A DNA stretch of 64,000 nt, from the IMG/VR virus record IMGVR_UViG_3300008107_000013; one strand, 5' to 3'. Positions within the stretch are counted from its first letter, which is position 1. Each line of letters begins with the position of its first letter. Below the pieces are notes generated by a model. The model did not search any database, was not told the DNA's origin, and saw only the letters and a program-made list of their open reading frames with translations. Position numbers and translations under genes: made by a program. This DNA is from an uncultured virus (IMG/VR IMGVR_UViG_3300008107_000013). Its lineage: Duplodnaviria; Heunggongvirae; Uroviricota; Caudoviricetes. This document shows, piece by piece, positions 39,873-48,984 of the stretch.

Positions 39873-40598
39873 ATGAATAAAAATGTTAAATCATTACCGA
39901 AGATTGGATACCCGATCTTTACTTTGAAATTGCCATCGACAGATAAGGAAATAAAGTATAGACCGTTTTTAGTAAAAGAAGAAAAACTTTTACTAATGGC
40001 GCAGTCAAGCGAAGATCCTAAAGAGATTATCGGTGCAATCAAACAAGTTATTTCCAATTGTATTTTATCTGAAGACGTAAGCGTAGATGAGCTCTGCACT
40101 TTCGATATGGAGTATATCTTTATTAAGATCAGAGCAAAATCAATTAATAACGTTATTGAAGTAACTTACAGAGATTTAGAAGATGATAAACGATACACAG
40201 TTGAAATTAATCTTGATGAAATAGAAGTAAAAAAAGAAACTGATCACACTAATAAAATAGAAATAAATGAGCAACTTGGAATGGTAATGAAGTATCCAAA
40301 AACTAATGTTGCCAATAATATTGAATCGGTTGATGGTGAGACAGATTTATTTTTTCAAATCCTTAAAGGCTGTATTGAAAAGATTTACGATAGCGAGACA
40401 GTATACGATGTAAGTGAATATAGTGCAGATGAATTAGATGATTTTATACAGCAGCTTGATGTTAAGACATTTAAGAAAGTTCAAGATTTTTTTGCAACAA
40501 TGCCTCGGCTGCATTATGAAGTAAAGTATACGAACAGCCTTGGAAAAGAAAAAAATATTGTACTGAATAATTTAACAGATTTTTTTACGTTGGGCTGA
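39873..40598 (+). CDS. gp26: Baseplate hub assembly protein gp26
   Basis: LPKI..P.F.L.LPS..K.IKYRPFLVKEEKLLLMA, FD.EYIF.KIRAKS, FF.TMP.L, ends DFFTLG. Confidence 0.9.
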   Translation: MNKNVKSLPKIGYPIFTLKLPSTDKEIKYRPFLVKEEKLLLMAQSSEDPKEIIGAIKQVISNCILSEDVSVDELCTFDMEYIFIKIRAKSINNVIEVTYRDLEDDKRYTVEINLDEIEVKKETDHTNKIEINEQLGMVMKYPKTNVANNIESVDGETDLFFQILKGCIEKIYDSETVYDVSEYSADELDDFIQQLDVKTFKKVQDFFATMPRLHYEVKYTNSLGKEKNIVLNNLTDFFTLG

Positions 40599-40768
40599 GT
40601 CATAACACGCTGCCAAATTATTACGTTTTAAATTTTAGTTTGGCTCAGCACCACAAGTGGTCAATAGATGAAATAGAAAGCATGATTCCTTTTGAGAGAG
40701 ACATTTATGTTGATTTATTAAAAGACTATCTAGAAAAAGAAAAAGAGAGATTACAGCAACGTGGCTGA
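40580..40768 (+). CDS. gp51: gp51-like baseplate hub assembly protein without a usable canonical start; probable -1 frameshift partner of gp26
   Basis: The -1 frame relative to gp26 reads FFYVGLSHNTLPNYYVLNFSLAQHHKWSIDEIESMIPFERDIYVDLLKDYLEKEKERLQQRG*. Not in the ORF track. Confidence 0.8.
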   Translation, partial: FFYVGLSHNTLPNYYVLNFSLAQHHKWSIDEIESMIPFERDIYVDLLKDYLEKEKERLQQRG

Positions 40769-42509
40769 TATAGTATTAAGAGATCAAGCAATAAGCGACG
40801 CAAAAAATGAAATGTTTGCGTCGCTGTCTTTTTATGTTAATCAAATTATTCTCACTAACGAGAATACTAAAAATAATTTAATTGCGTCATCTAAAGCAAT
40901 TAGCGGGATAGATGGTGAGTTAGTTTCTTTAGACTTGGAAGATCTTGCAGAGGTAGAAAGAAGAAAAGCAGCTGAAAAAAGAATAGAGCGGTTTAAAGAG
41001 CGTGAATTTATTATGGAGTCAAAACCAACAGCTGCAATGACAAGCATCGGCGGGCCAGTAATAGACGCCCAAACTCAAAAAAGAGGCGCGATTGATTTTG
41101 CTAAAATAGCAGGATTAGTTGGGCTTTTATTAATTCCTCAAGTACGAGAAGCAATTTTAGCAGTCTTAGATGGAATAATAAGAAGTGTAGTTGGTGGTGA
41201 AGATGCTATTAAAAAATTTAAAATAGCAGCTGGATTAATAGCAGGAACATTAGCTTTGTTTTGGAGCAGAGCAAAAATTGCTAATATTTTTAACGCTCTT
41301 TATCAGGTAGTTAATCTTGCTTTAGTAACTGCTACTGCTCTTGGCCTCATTCAAGACACTGCTGATGAGCTAGACAATGAGCGTAGAAGACTTAAAAAAG
41401 ATCGAGAGGCTTTCGAAAAAGATAAGGCAAATGCAAAAAAGACTGGCAAAGGAAAAATAGTAGCTGGGGCAGCTGGCGCTGCTGCGGGTAAAGCAGTAGG
41501 AGACGTAGCACAAGAATCCTCTAATATTCCTACTACTGAGAAAGAAATAGAAGTAGAATTACCTGACCGCGGTGATAAGAAAAAAGAAAAAGAAAAAGAA
41601 AAACAGCCAGAACAAAAAAAAGAAGAGTCTAAATCTAAACTTAAAAAGGCTGCTGGCGCTGCTGGATCAACCGCTAAAAAATTATTAAAAACTGTACCTA
41701 TTATTGGTGCTGTAGCAGGTGCAGCAGAGGTTGCTTATGATACTGCAGGTGCTATAAGAGAAGCTGAAGAGACTGGAAAGCCGGTAGATGTTCCTGAAAT
41801 AGTTACAGATCAAATTATTCAAAATGTAACGTTTGGAATTTTTAATTTAGAGAGTGCTAGAGAAAAAATAAGAGAGTTAAAAGGAGATCCAACTGCTAAA
41901 TCTGCCGTTAGAGCTCAAACACCTAGTGGTGGGCTTGCTCCTGCTCCCACCGTAGCCCCTACACCGTCTGCACCTCCTGAAGCATCAAAAGAATCTCTCC
42001 CCTCCCCTGCTACTACAACAGTACCGGTTATTCAAAGTAGCGCGGCACCTATCAGTGTACAGCCGTCAGAAGAAGTAGCACCCTTAAACGTTCAAGTATC
42101 CGTAACGGCTCCTCCCCCCAAAGCAGTAAGCGAGCCTGTTTTAGTAGTAGAAAAAAAGCCACAAGTTTCAGCATCTCTACCTGAAGCAGAAGCGGTAGCG
42201 GCACAAACTGTAAAACAAGCTGTAGATGCTTCGGGTGTAAATGATGTGAAGGTAACCAAATCAGAAGCTGAAAAATTAAAAGCCCAGCGCGAGGTAGAAT
42301 TTACATCCAAGATGTTTGCCTTAGAAATAGAGAAGGGACTAAGTGTCATGCCAGAAATTAAAGGCGTTGATTCTGGCAGTCAAATTTTAAGAGCGTCAGG
42401 TGAGCGAGCTATTTTAAAGGAAGCATATGATGTTTTAAGCAGATTAAATATAGTAAATATCAACAACACTAAAAATATTTTTGCCCCAGAAGAAGAAATG
42501 TCTAATTAA
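40761..42509 (+). CDS. Tape-measure-like / baseplate hub protein
   Basis: Helical Ala/Lys-rich protein with hydrophobic segments and an LLKTVPIIG motif; follows gp26/gp51. Confidence 0.55.
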   Translation: MADIVLRDQAISDAKNEMFASLSFYVNQIILTNENTKNNLIASSKAISGIDGELVSLDLEDLAEVERRKAAEKRIERFKEREFIMESKPTAAMTSIGGPVIDAQTQKRGAIDFAKIAGLVGLLLIPQVREAILAVLDGIIRSVVGGEDAIKKFKIAAGLIAGTLALFWSRAKIANIFNALYQVVNLALVTATALGLIQDTADELDNERRRLKKDREAFEKDKANAKKTGKGKIVAGAAGAAAGKAVGDVAQESSNIPTTEKEIEVELPDRGDKKKEKEKEKQPEQKKEESKSKLKKAAGAAGSTAKKLLKTVPIIGAVAGAAEVAYDTAGAIREAEETGKPVDVPEIVTDQIIQNVTFGIFNLESAREKIRELKGDPTAKSAVRAQTPSGGLAPAPTVAPTPSAPPEASKESLPSPATTTVPVIQSSAAPISVQPSEEVAPLNVQVSVTAPPPKAVSEPVLVVEKKPQVSASLPEAEAVAAQTVKQAVDASGVNDVKVTKSEAEKLKAQREVEFTSKMFALEIEKGLSVMPEIKGVDSGSQILRASGERAILKEAYDVLSRLNIVNINNTKNIFAPEEEMSN

Positions 42510-42511
42510 AC

Positions 42512-44542
42512 ATGATTAATTCTCAAGAGCTAGATTCTATAAAAGCAAGCGTTCTTAAGGACGTTGGCCCAATACTTACAGCTATAGCAGCACCTCAACT
42601 GGATAGCAGTAAAAACTTAGTTACAATGTTTGACGCAATGCTAATGAACGTCAAACAACTTAATATTGCATCAAAGCTGCTATCAGATAATTTGGTTAAA
42701 TTAGATAAGACCTTAGACTCAACAGTAGAAAGTTTAGTAAATATTCGCGCCTCAAAAGAAGTAACATATGAAGCGTACAAAGAAAAAGAAACTATTATGG
42801 AGCGTAAAGCTCCACAAACCGATCGTACATATGTTAGAGAAAAAGCTCCATCAGTAAGTAAAAATGAAGACGTTGGAGGAATTTTAAGATCACTGTTGAA
42901 AAATCCACTTGTGGGAGCAGCTATTGCAGGTATGATTTATAAAATGCTTCCTAAAGATAGGCAGGAACAAATAAAAGTTGCTTTTTCAACAGTGTTTGAC
43001 GAGATTAAAAAAATGCTCCCTAATTTAGATGAGCTTAATACCGGATTAAAAGTAGCAGGGGGAGCTCTAGCAGCTTATTTTGGTGTTAAACTTATAGGCA
43101 CAGCGGCGGCAGCTCTTGCTGGAGTTATAAGACTTATATCAGCTCTTGTTAAATTACCTTTTAGGGCAGGCAGAAAGTTCTTTAACATGTCTTCGTTTGG
43201 TAAGATTGCTTTGCTAGCTGGTGGGGTAGGAGCAGCAGTATACGGTGCTCAAGCTTTAAAAAACGAAGACGTACAAGCAAAATTAGAAGATATTAACAAA
43301 GCAATAGAAGACTTCTCAGGTGTTAATATAAAAGAAACAGCTAAAAAAGGAGTGGCAGCAGTATCTGGAGCATATGAAAGTATTACAACACCAGGTGTAT
43401 CTGGTACTACTATACCTGAAAAAGTAATGGGGGCAGGCGCCGCTGCTGTTTCTTCAATAACAGGTGGTGCAAGAAGTATTGTTAGAAATGTAGCTTCTTT
43501 TAAATCAAAAGACTTAATACTTAAAGAGCTAGATGAAGCAGGTATAAGCGATCCTAAAGCACAGGCTAACATATTTGCACAGATTGATAGAGAAAGTGGT
43601 TTTAGACCACGCTCGGAAAATCTTAGCGGCTACAGTGCTAAAAGACTATTTGAATTATTTGGGGAAGGTAACAAGCTAGGAAATCGACCAAGATTTAAAA
43701 CCATTAAGGATGCTGAGGCAGTAGTAGCCAAAGGAGAGCAAGCTGTAGGAGAAGTCCTTTATGGTAACAGGGCTGACCTCGGTAACACTTCTCCAGGTGA
43801 TGGTTACAAATATAGAGGACGGGGCTTTATTCAACTTACCGGTAAAGATGCATACCAAAAAGTTGGTAGTATTATCGGTATAGATTTAGTTAATAACCCT
43901 GACCTTGCTAACGAACCATCTGTTGCTGCAAAAATTGTTCCAGCGTTCTATTTAGCGTACAAAGGAGTAAAGCCGGAAGATCTAAGAAGTATAGAAATTG
44001 TTAATAAAGCAACTGGTTCAGCTGATAAGCGTTCTAGAACTCAAAGAATTGAGCTTGCCAAACAATATGAAAAAGAAATAACGGCGCCACAAACACCTAC
44101 TCCAGTTCCTCAACAAGGCTCCGCGACAACCGTTGCAGCAACTAGTGAGGTAAAAGGCTACGTGGCTGAGGGATCACCGACAGTAGTTCCTCCCCCGGTA
44201 GTTATAGCAGATAATAAAGTAACTCAGTATGTTGGGGTAGTAGAAGCAAGTAAGGATGATAAGGTTAAAGGTTATCAAAACTTAGTAGCTGCGGGTCAAG
44301 CATCGATAGAAGCAGCTGTAAGTTCTTACGCCGGTATAATAGCAAAGTTAACTGAAGGAGTTGATGCAGCTAAAGAAAGGCAGATAATGGGGGGAGGTAC
44401 AACGGTCAATAATATTGATAACGGTGCTAATTACTCTGCTAAACCTACACCGAAAGTAAACAATCCAATTCCATCACCGGTAGCAAATCGGGGCCCGCTT
44501 GAACTAAACGTTCGACACGGTACCCCGTCTGTACCAGGTTAA
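42512..44542 (+). CDS. Tape-measure-like protein with a GH19 lysozyme/chitinase domain
   Basis: AQIDRESGF...ENL, YGNR.DLGN..PGDGYKYRGRGFIQLTGK..Y, DLVNNPDL. Confidence 0.8.
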   Translation: MINSQELDSIKASVLKDVGPILTAIAAPQLDSSKNLVTMFDAMLMNVKQLNIASKLLSDNLVKLDKTLDSTVESLVNIRASKEVTYEAYKEKETIMERKAPQTDRTYVREKAPSVSKNEDVGGILRSLLKNPLVGAAIAGMIYKMLPKDRQEQIKVAFSTVFDEIKKMLPNLDELNTGLKVAGGALAAYFGVKLIGTAAAALAGVIRLISALVKLPFRAGRKFFNMSSFGKIALLAGGVGAAVYGAQALKNEDVQAKLEDINKAIEDFSGVNIKETAKKGVAAVSGAYESITTPGVSGTTIPEKVMGAGAAAVSSITGGARSIVRNVASFKSKDLILKELDEAGISDPKAQANIFAQIDRESGFRPRSENLSGYSAKRLFELFGEGNKLGNRPRFKTIKDAEAVVAKGEQAVGEVLYGNRADLGNTSPGDGYKYRGRGFIQLTGKDAYQKVGSIIGIDLVNNPDLANEPSVAAKIVPAFYLAYKGVKPEDLRSIEIVNKATGSADKRSRTQRIELAKQYEKEITAPQTPTPVPQQGSATTVAATSEVKGYVAEGSPTVVPPPVVIADNKVTQYVGVVEASKDDKVKGYQNLVAAGQASIEAAVSSYAGIIAKLTEGVDAAKERQIMGGGTTVNNIDNGANYSAKPTPKVNNPIPSPVANRGPLELNVRHGTPSVPG

Positions 44543-45460
44543 TTACTCTTCTTCAGCTAGCTTCTTAAAGAAGTCGATTGACTCGTCATCATCTTCGCTT
44601 ATTGACGGCGCTGACTTAGGTTGAGCTGACTTAATAGGACGTGCATCCATATTATCATCAATGCTTGTACTATGTGCTTGTGGTTTTGTTTGCCCTTGGG
44701 ATCCCATGGGACCTCCTAGTCCAAGCACCTTATTAAGCTTCTGTTTTAGTTCATCATACGACTTGAAATTCGACGGGTCTAAGAAGGGCTGCAGCTTGTG
44801 CTCTGACTTCCATACCTTTTCCATACCTTCGTCATCATCAAGAAGAGGTGCAGGAGAATCAAATTCTGACTTATCGTAATTACGATAGCCTTCTACATTA
44901 CGAATCTTAAGTTTGAAGTTCGCTCCTTCCCAAAGATCGAAAGGATTCATAGACTTCTCATCCTCAAACTCTGGATTTAAAGCAGCATTAATTTTCTCAT
45001 AGATCTTTTTACCATACTTGTAGAGAAAAACTTTACCTTCATTTTCTGGGTGCGCTTTATCACTAACAACGTAAATATTAGAGATGTAAGCTAGTCTGCG
45101 CTTTTGCTTACGAACGATATCTTTGTTTGCTTCAATACCAGAATCCCAGAGTTGTTTATTATACTCAGATACTGGATCATCTTGCCCGAGAGTGGTTAAA
45201 GACTTTTCAATGTACCATCCTCCTGGTCCTTGAAATCCATGATCCCAGATACGAATAAATTCTACATCCTCACCAGATGGTGCAGGAAGAAACCGGATAA
45301 CAGCATAACCGTTACCAGCCTTATCTACCTCAGGCTTCCAGAAGCGATCATCGTCCGATCCCCCCTGATTGTTGTTACCTTGTAGTTTTTGTACTTCTTG
45401 TTGAAGTGCGTCTAAACGCGATTGACGTGACTTGCGTAATGCGGTAAAATCATTTGCCAT
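44543..45460 (-). CDS. gp32: Single-stranded DNA-binding protein gp32
   Basis: DDRFWKP.VDKAGNGYAVIRFLP, HGFQGPGGWYIE, GKVFLYKYGKKI, acidic tail. Confidence 0.96.
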   Translation of the reverse strand: MANDFTALRKSRQSRLDALQQEVQKLQGNNNQGGSDDDRFWKPEVDKAGNGYAVIRFLPAPSGEDVEFIRIWDHGFQGPGGWYIEKSLTTLGQDDPVSEYNKQLWDSGIEANKDIVRKQKRRLAYISNIYVVSDKAHPENEGKVFLYKYGKKIYEKINAALNPEFEDEKSMNPFDLWEGANFKLKIRNVEGYRNYDKSEFDSPAPLLDDDEGMEKVWKSEHKLQPFLDPSNFKSYDELKQKLNKVLGLGGPMGSQGQTKPQAHSTSIDDNMDARPIKSAQPKSAPSISEDDDESIDFFKKLAEEE

Positions 45461-45526
45461 TGTATGCTCCTTTTAAGCGATGTATGCGATGTATAACGTC
45501 TTGTCCACTTTAACATAACGATACAG

Positions 45527-45534
45527 TATTTATA
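45527..45534 (-). promoter_or_regulatory. T4 late promoter TATAAATA upstream of gp32
   Basis: Exact TATAAATA in the gp59-gp32 intergenic region. Confidence 0.7.
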
Positions 45535-46119
45535 TTAACTGTTTCCATTCCATTTTTCAAGCATTATGTTTTTCATCTTGTGGATGTCGTATTTAAAAAA
45601 CGGGCTGTATTTAATGCACTTCATATGTAATGAAGGCCAGATTATTGGATCGATTATGTTCTTATTCCAGTGATTAAAATAACCAATAATATCGTTTATT
45701 ACTAGAAGTGATTCAATGTTAATCTCACCTCTTAGATACTTTTTTAAGAGAGGAGGATGTTGTCCGTCAGGAACTAGGATTTCTTTATTAATGTCATCAT
45801 CAAGTTTGGAAACATCCTCCTTAAAAAGATAAGTTGCTGACTCCCTTACTTTAAGTAGTTGTCTGTAAAGTTTATCTGATTCTTCATTATTAACGAGGTT
45901 ACCAACCCACGCATCACCTCGATAAACAAAATTAGCAACTAGATAATCTACAACGTCTTTACGTTTAGATAGTTTATGGAAGAAGTACTTGTCTGCTCTT
46001 TTTTCAAACGCTTTATAACCCGCTCTTGTCTTTCCTCCATACTTAAAATAATCGTAGTTCTTAGATGTAAAGTGATTTTTTAATGCGCAGTAAATCTTAT
46101 ATGCTTCAAAAGCGTCCAT
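45535..46119 (-). CDS. gp59: Helicase loader gp59
   Basis: Y.ALKNHFT..YDYFKY.GK..F.KR.DKYFF.KL, GQHP.LL, KY.PF. Confidence 0.92.
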   Translation of the reverse strand: MDAFEAYKIYCALKNHFTSKNYDYFKYGGKTRAGYKAFEKRADKYFFHKLSKRKDVVDYLVANFVYRGDAWVGNLVNNEESDKLYRQLLKVRESATYLFKEDVSKLDDDINKEILVPDGQHPPLLKKYLRGEINIESLLVINDIIGYFNHWNKNIIDPIIWPSLHMKCIKYSPFFKYDIHKMKNIMLEKWNGNS

Positions 46120-46714
46120 TCTTAAATAGGTATCCTTGTTGACGAATGTATCGTTCTCTCATAGTAGACGCCTGTCTCATATCATTAGTTCCGTCTACCA
46201 GAAGACTAAAATTATTATACTCCATAACCCCCAGCCAATACTCAAACGGTTTACAATTAACATGGTGATGACCTGGCTGGCCGGGCAGTGCATGGGTCAT
46301 AGCAACGTACTTACAATGCTTAAACGTCTCTATAAAGTTTGGCATAAATTCAACATCTACATGCTCTACGAACTCTACGCTCCATCCAAGATCAAAGGTA
46401 GTTTTAGGAATAAAAGATCCTTTAGCAAAATCATGAATGGTAATTAACTCGGAGGCTTTCTCTGTACGCTCAACCTTATCATCACCGTCAATACCGATCA
46501 CACATAACTTTTTACTATCAAACAGTTCAACCATGCCCCCTGGTCCACATCCGATATCGAGTACAGACTTAATGTCAAACGTTTTAATTAAGTAATCAAC
46601 CGCACCCTCATCGAGGTGTGTTTCGTTCTCATGTCCGCCTAGATGGGCAGCAAGACCATCAGGGTGGCCTGGAGGAGCACTGGGAGGAGTATAAGAAAAT
46701 TGATAATCACTCAT
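46106..46714 (-). CDS. Class I SAM-dependent methyltransferase
   Basis: SVLDIGCGPG, GIDG, FDL.WSVEFVEH, GHHHVN. Confidence 0.85.
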   Translation of the reverse strand: MSDYQFSYTPPSAPPGHPDGLAAHLGGHENETHLDEGAVDYLIKTFDIKSVLDIGCGPGGMVELFDSKKLCVIGIDGDDKVERTEKASELITIHDFAKGSFIPKTTFDLGWSVEFVEHVDVEFMPNFIETFKHCKYVAMTHALPGQPGHHHVNCKPFEYWLGVMEYNNFSLLVDGTNDMRQASTMRERYIRQQGYLFKNGRF

Positions 46715-46944
46715 AATGGTAGTTTCCTTGTCTTGGGCAAATAATTTAAATCTTCAGCCTCGGTCTGAATTTTTGCTTTCATCTTAGCACTACCTTTGAT
46801 GAGTGAGGCCGCGGTTTCAATTTCGATGCTGTTTTTCTCACAGTAGTAGATAACAGCATCAATGTATTCCATCTTCTTTTCAAGCACAAGAGCATCAATT
46901 TCTTTCATGAACTGTGCGGGCGTTTTTAGAGAATTAATTTCCAT
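46711..46944 (-). CDS. gp33: Late promoter transcription co-activator gp33
   Basis: F..EI..LV.EK..EYIDAV..YCE.N.IE.E..A.LI..K.KI..EA..LNYL. Confidence 0.9.
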   Translation of the reverse strand: MEINSLKTPAQFMKEIDALVLEKKMEYIDAVIYYCEKNSIEIETAASLIKGSAKMKAKIQTEAEDLNYLPKTRKLPL

Positions 46945-46945
46945 G

Positions 46946-47515
46946 CTATTTGTAGAAAATATGGTCCTCTATTGTAACGGTTTTCTTAACATTAGTCCAG
47001 CGCGGTTTAACATAGTTGGCATGAAAGTATAAAGCACCCATAGTTGGATCATGGGCCGGGCTGTACTTCTCTGCTATAAATTTAGCTGCATTTTCACTTT
47101 CAATCCACTGGGCATGATTTAGCTTTGGTCTAGTTACACACGTCCACGAGAACTGACATACTTTGGTTTTTTCATAAACTACTTTACAGACATTACTAGG
47201 AAAATCGGAATGAAAAAGTCGATTTATAGTAACATATCCTACTGCAACTTTACCTGCCATAGGTTGATTGCCTGCCTCAAAGTAAATATTTTCTACTAGG
47301 CAATGGTATTCATTCTCTGTAAGTTTAACTCCCATATCAAAGTCGTAATGTTTAACTACCATGTTATGGGTAATAAACACTGTGGCCGAGATACATGCTG
47401 TAATGGCAAAAAGAGTTGCCAGAGGTTTATAAACTTTTACTTTATCAAATTTAAATCTATCAAAGGTCGGCAATTTATTAGCGATCCAGATCTTAGCTGA
47501 TCGTAACATATACAT
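46946..47515 (-). CDS. SleB-type cell wall hydrolase with N-terminal membrane segment
   Basis: CL.ENIYFEA.NQ..GK.AV..V..NR, FP..VC.VV, CQFSW, GALYFHA.YV.P.W, I.DHIFY. Confidence 0.9.
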   Translation of the reverse strand: MYMLRSAKIWIANKLPTFDRFKFDKVKVYKPLATLFAITACISATVFITHNMVVKHYDFDMGVKLTENEYHCLVENIYFEAGNQPMAGKVAVGYVTINRLFHSDFPSNVCKVVYEKTKVCQFSWTCVTRPKLNHAQWIESENAAKFIAEKYSPAHDPTMGALYFHANYVKPRWTNVKKTVTIEDHIFYK

Positions 47516-47588
47516 CTCCTTATTTTGATTATTGTACTGCTGTATGGCGCAAGGCCATTTGAAAGCATTTTTTCATGCTTGTTGAGGG

Positions 47589-47619
47589 AAGATAGGATGA
47601 TTTAGTCATCCTATCTTTT
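47589..47619. terminator. Perfect 12-bp hairpin, possible terminator
   Basis: AAGATAGGATGA-TTTAG-TCATCCTATCTT in an intergenic region; a short T run follows only on the plus strand. Confidence 0.4.
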
Positions 47620-47633
47620 ATGTAGCTATCTAA

Positions 47634-48206
47634 TTACTGCATACGTCTGAATTCTCGCTGAGCTTCCCTTTCAATATTGACGCTTTTAATCTGAGGCATG
47701 CTAGGATTCTTTACTGCATTATCAAGAGGCATATAGACTCGAACAAATGCTCGATAGTATTCTCCCTCCTTGCGTAGTAGAACTTTATCTCGAGTTACTT
47801 TCGAAAGGTCAATATTAGGAGTAACAATTCGTGTAGTTTGAGCAGTTACTTTATCGGTTCGAGATGTATCATTAGCTTGAACGTCTTTTGCATAATTACG
47901 ATTAACGTTACTAGTAATGCTTGAGATATAGATTGCAATCTCACGCTTGGCATTCATCATAGCTTTATCGATAGCAAAGTTAGCGTCAGAAGAAAAGTCT
48001 GTACCGGAAACAAATATAGTACCGTCCTTAACTAGAAGACTCATATACCACTCAGGGTAAATAAAAGAGTTAGACTTAGACTTCTCTACTTCGATAAGTT
48101 TATTAGAGTCAGCTAGCTTAGCGTTATAGTCTTCAGACTTCTTAATCGGACTAGAAGAACATCCGACAATAGCAACGGTAGATAATGCAATTAAGATTTT
48201 TTTCAT
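47634..48206 (-). CDS. Lipoprotein (LPP20-like)
   Basis: Start at ATG 48206 gives MKKILIALSTVAIVG-C, a lipobox; P.WY and A.DKA..NAK.EIA motifs. Confidence 0.75.
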   Translation of the reverse strand: MKKILIALSTVAIVGCSSSPIKKSEDYNAKLADSNKLIEVEKSKSNSFIYPEWYMSLLVKDGTIFVSGTDFSSDANFAIDKAMMNAKREIAIYISSITSNVNRNYAKDVQANDTSRTDKVTAQTTRIVTPNIDLSKVTRDKVLLRKEGEYYRAFVRVYMPLDNAVKNPSMPQIKSVNIEREAQREFRRMQ

Positions 48207-48210
48207 AGTA

Positions 48211-48945
48211 TCACCTAATAATAAAAACTTCCTTTTCAAGTACACGGCGGGATCCTGCTGGCAAATGATTTATAACTTCTTCATATGTTGTATGCTTAAG
48301 CATTCTATTACTGAAATCAACTCGTTGTTTGGATAGTACTAAAATAAACTTTTTATGGTCTCTTGTCTTACCATTATCTAACCAAATGCGATATTCAGGC
48401 AACTGTCCTCCAGATTCAGTATAGAGGTAATCGGACGGATTACGTGGATATATCATCTCAGTATGCTTGCCATGCTGTAGAAAGATATACACGTATACAG
48501 GGGTATCAACGTTAAGAGATAACTTAACGTTCTCTCCATGCATGTAGTCTTCTTTTCCACGAATAGAAGCTTTAATATAACTATTCTGACCGGTAATCGC
48601 AGTTATCTCTACTGTGCAACTATTTTTATTACGGTCTGTATTCTTACTTACTACTGAGCGGACGTGTCCGTTATGATATACGGAAGTTACTGCCCTGCTT
48701 GAGCACGTGGCTAGATCCTGCTTTGACATTGATGGTGTAACTTCTTTACAAACGTTTGTGAAGTTAGACTCAACTACACCTCCGTGAACTTTAATTGCAA
48801 TGTCTTTATACGCTTTAATCTCAGCTATTTGACACGCTACATCTATTGGTTCGTTATTCGTTATGGTGTGAGTTCCTATACCCGTAATCGAACTAGCGAT
48901 AGCAGTCGTAGGTAGTAAAGCAAGAATCAAAGGTTTAAATTTCAT
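48211..48945 (-). CDS. Secreted protein with a C-terminal DUF4384-like domain
   Basis: Signal peptide MKFKPLILALLPTTAIA; Y.HGE.V.L...V..P.YVYIF..IYP.N motif. Confidence 0.6.
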   Translation of the reverse strand: MKFKPLILALLPTTAIASSITGIGTHTITNNEPIDVACQIAEIKAYKDIAIKVHGGVVESNFTNVCKEVTPSMSKQDLATCSSRAVTSVYHNGHVRSVVSKNTDRNKNSCTVEITAITGQNSYIKASIRGKEDYMHGENVKLSLNVDTPVYVYIFLQHGKHTEMIYPRNPSDYLYTESGGQLPEYRIWLDNGKTRDHKKFILVLSKQRVDFSNRMLKHTTYEEVINHLPAGSRRVLEKEVFIIR

Positions 48946-48951
48946 AATATA

Positions 48952-48980
48952 ATTATAGTAAATCGGAGAAATTAAATCTA
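48952..48980 (-). promoter_or_regulatory. Sigma70-type early promoter
   Basis: TAGATT-17 nt-TATAAT; ATG only 6 nt after the -10 box. Confidence 0.5.
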
Positions 48981-48984
48981 CAGA

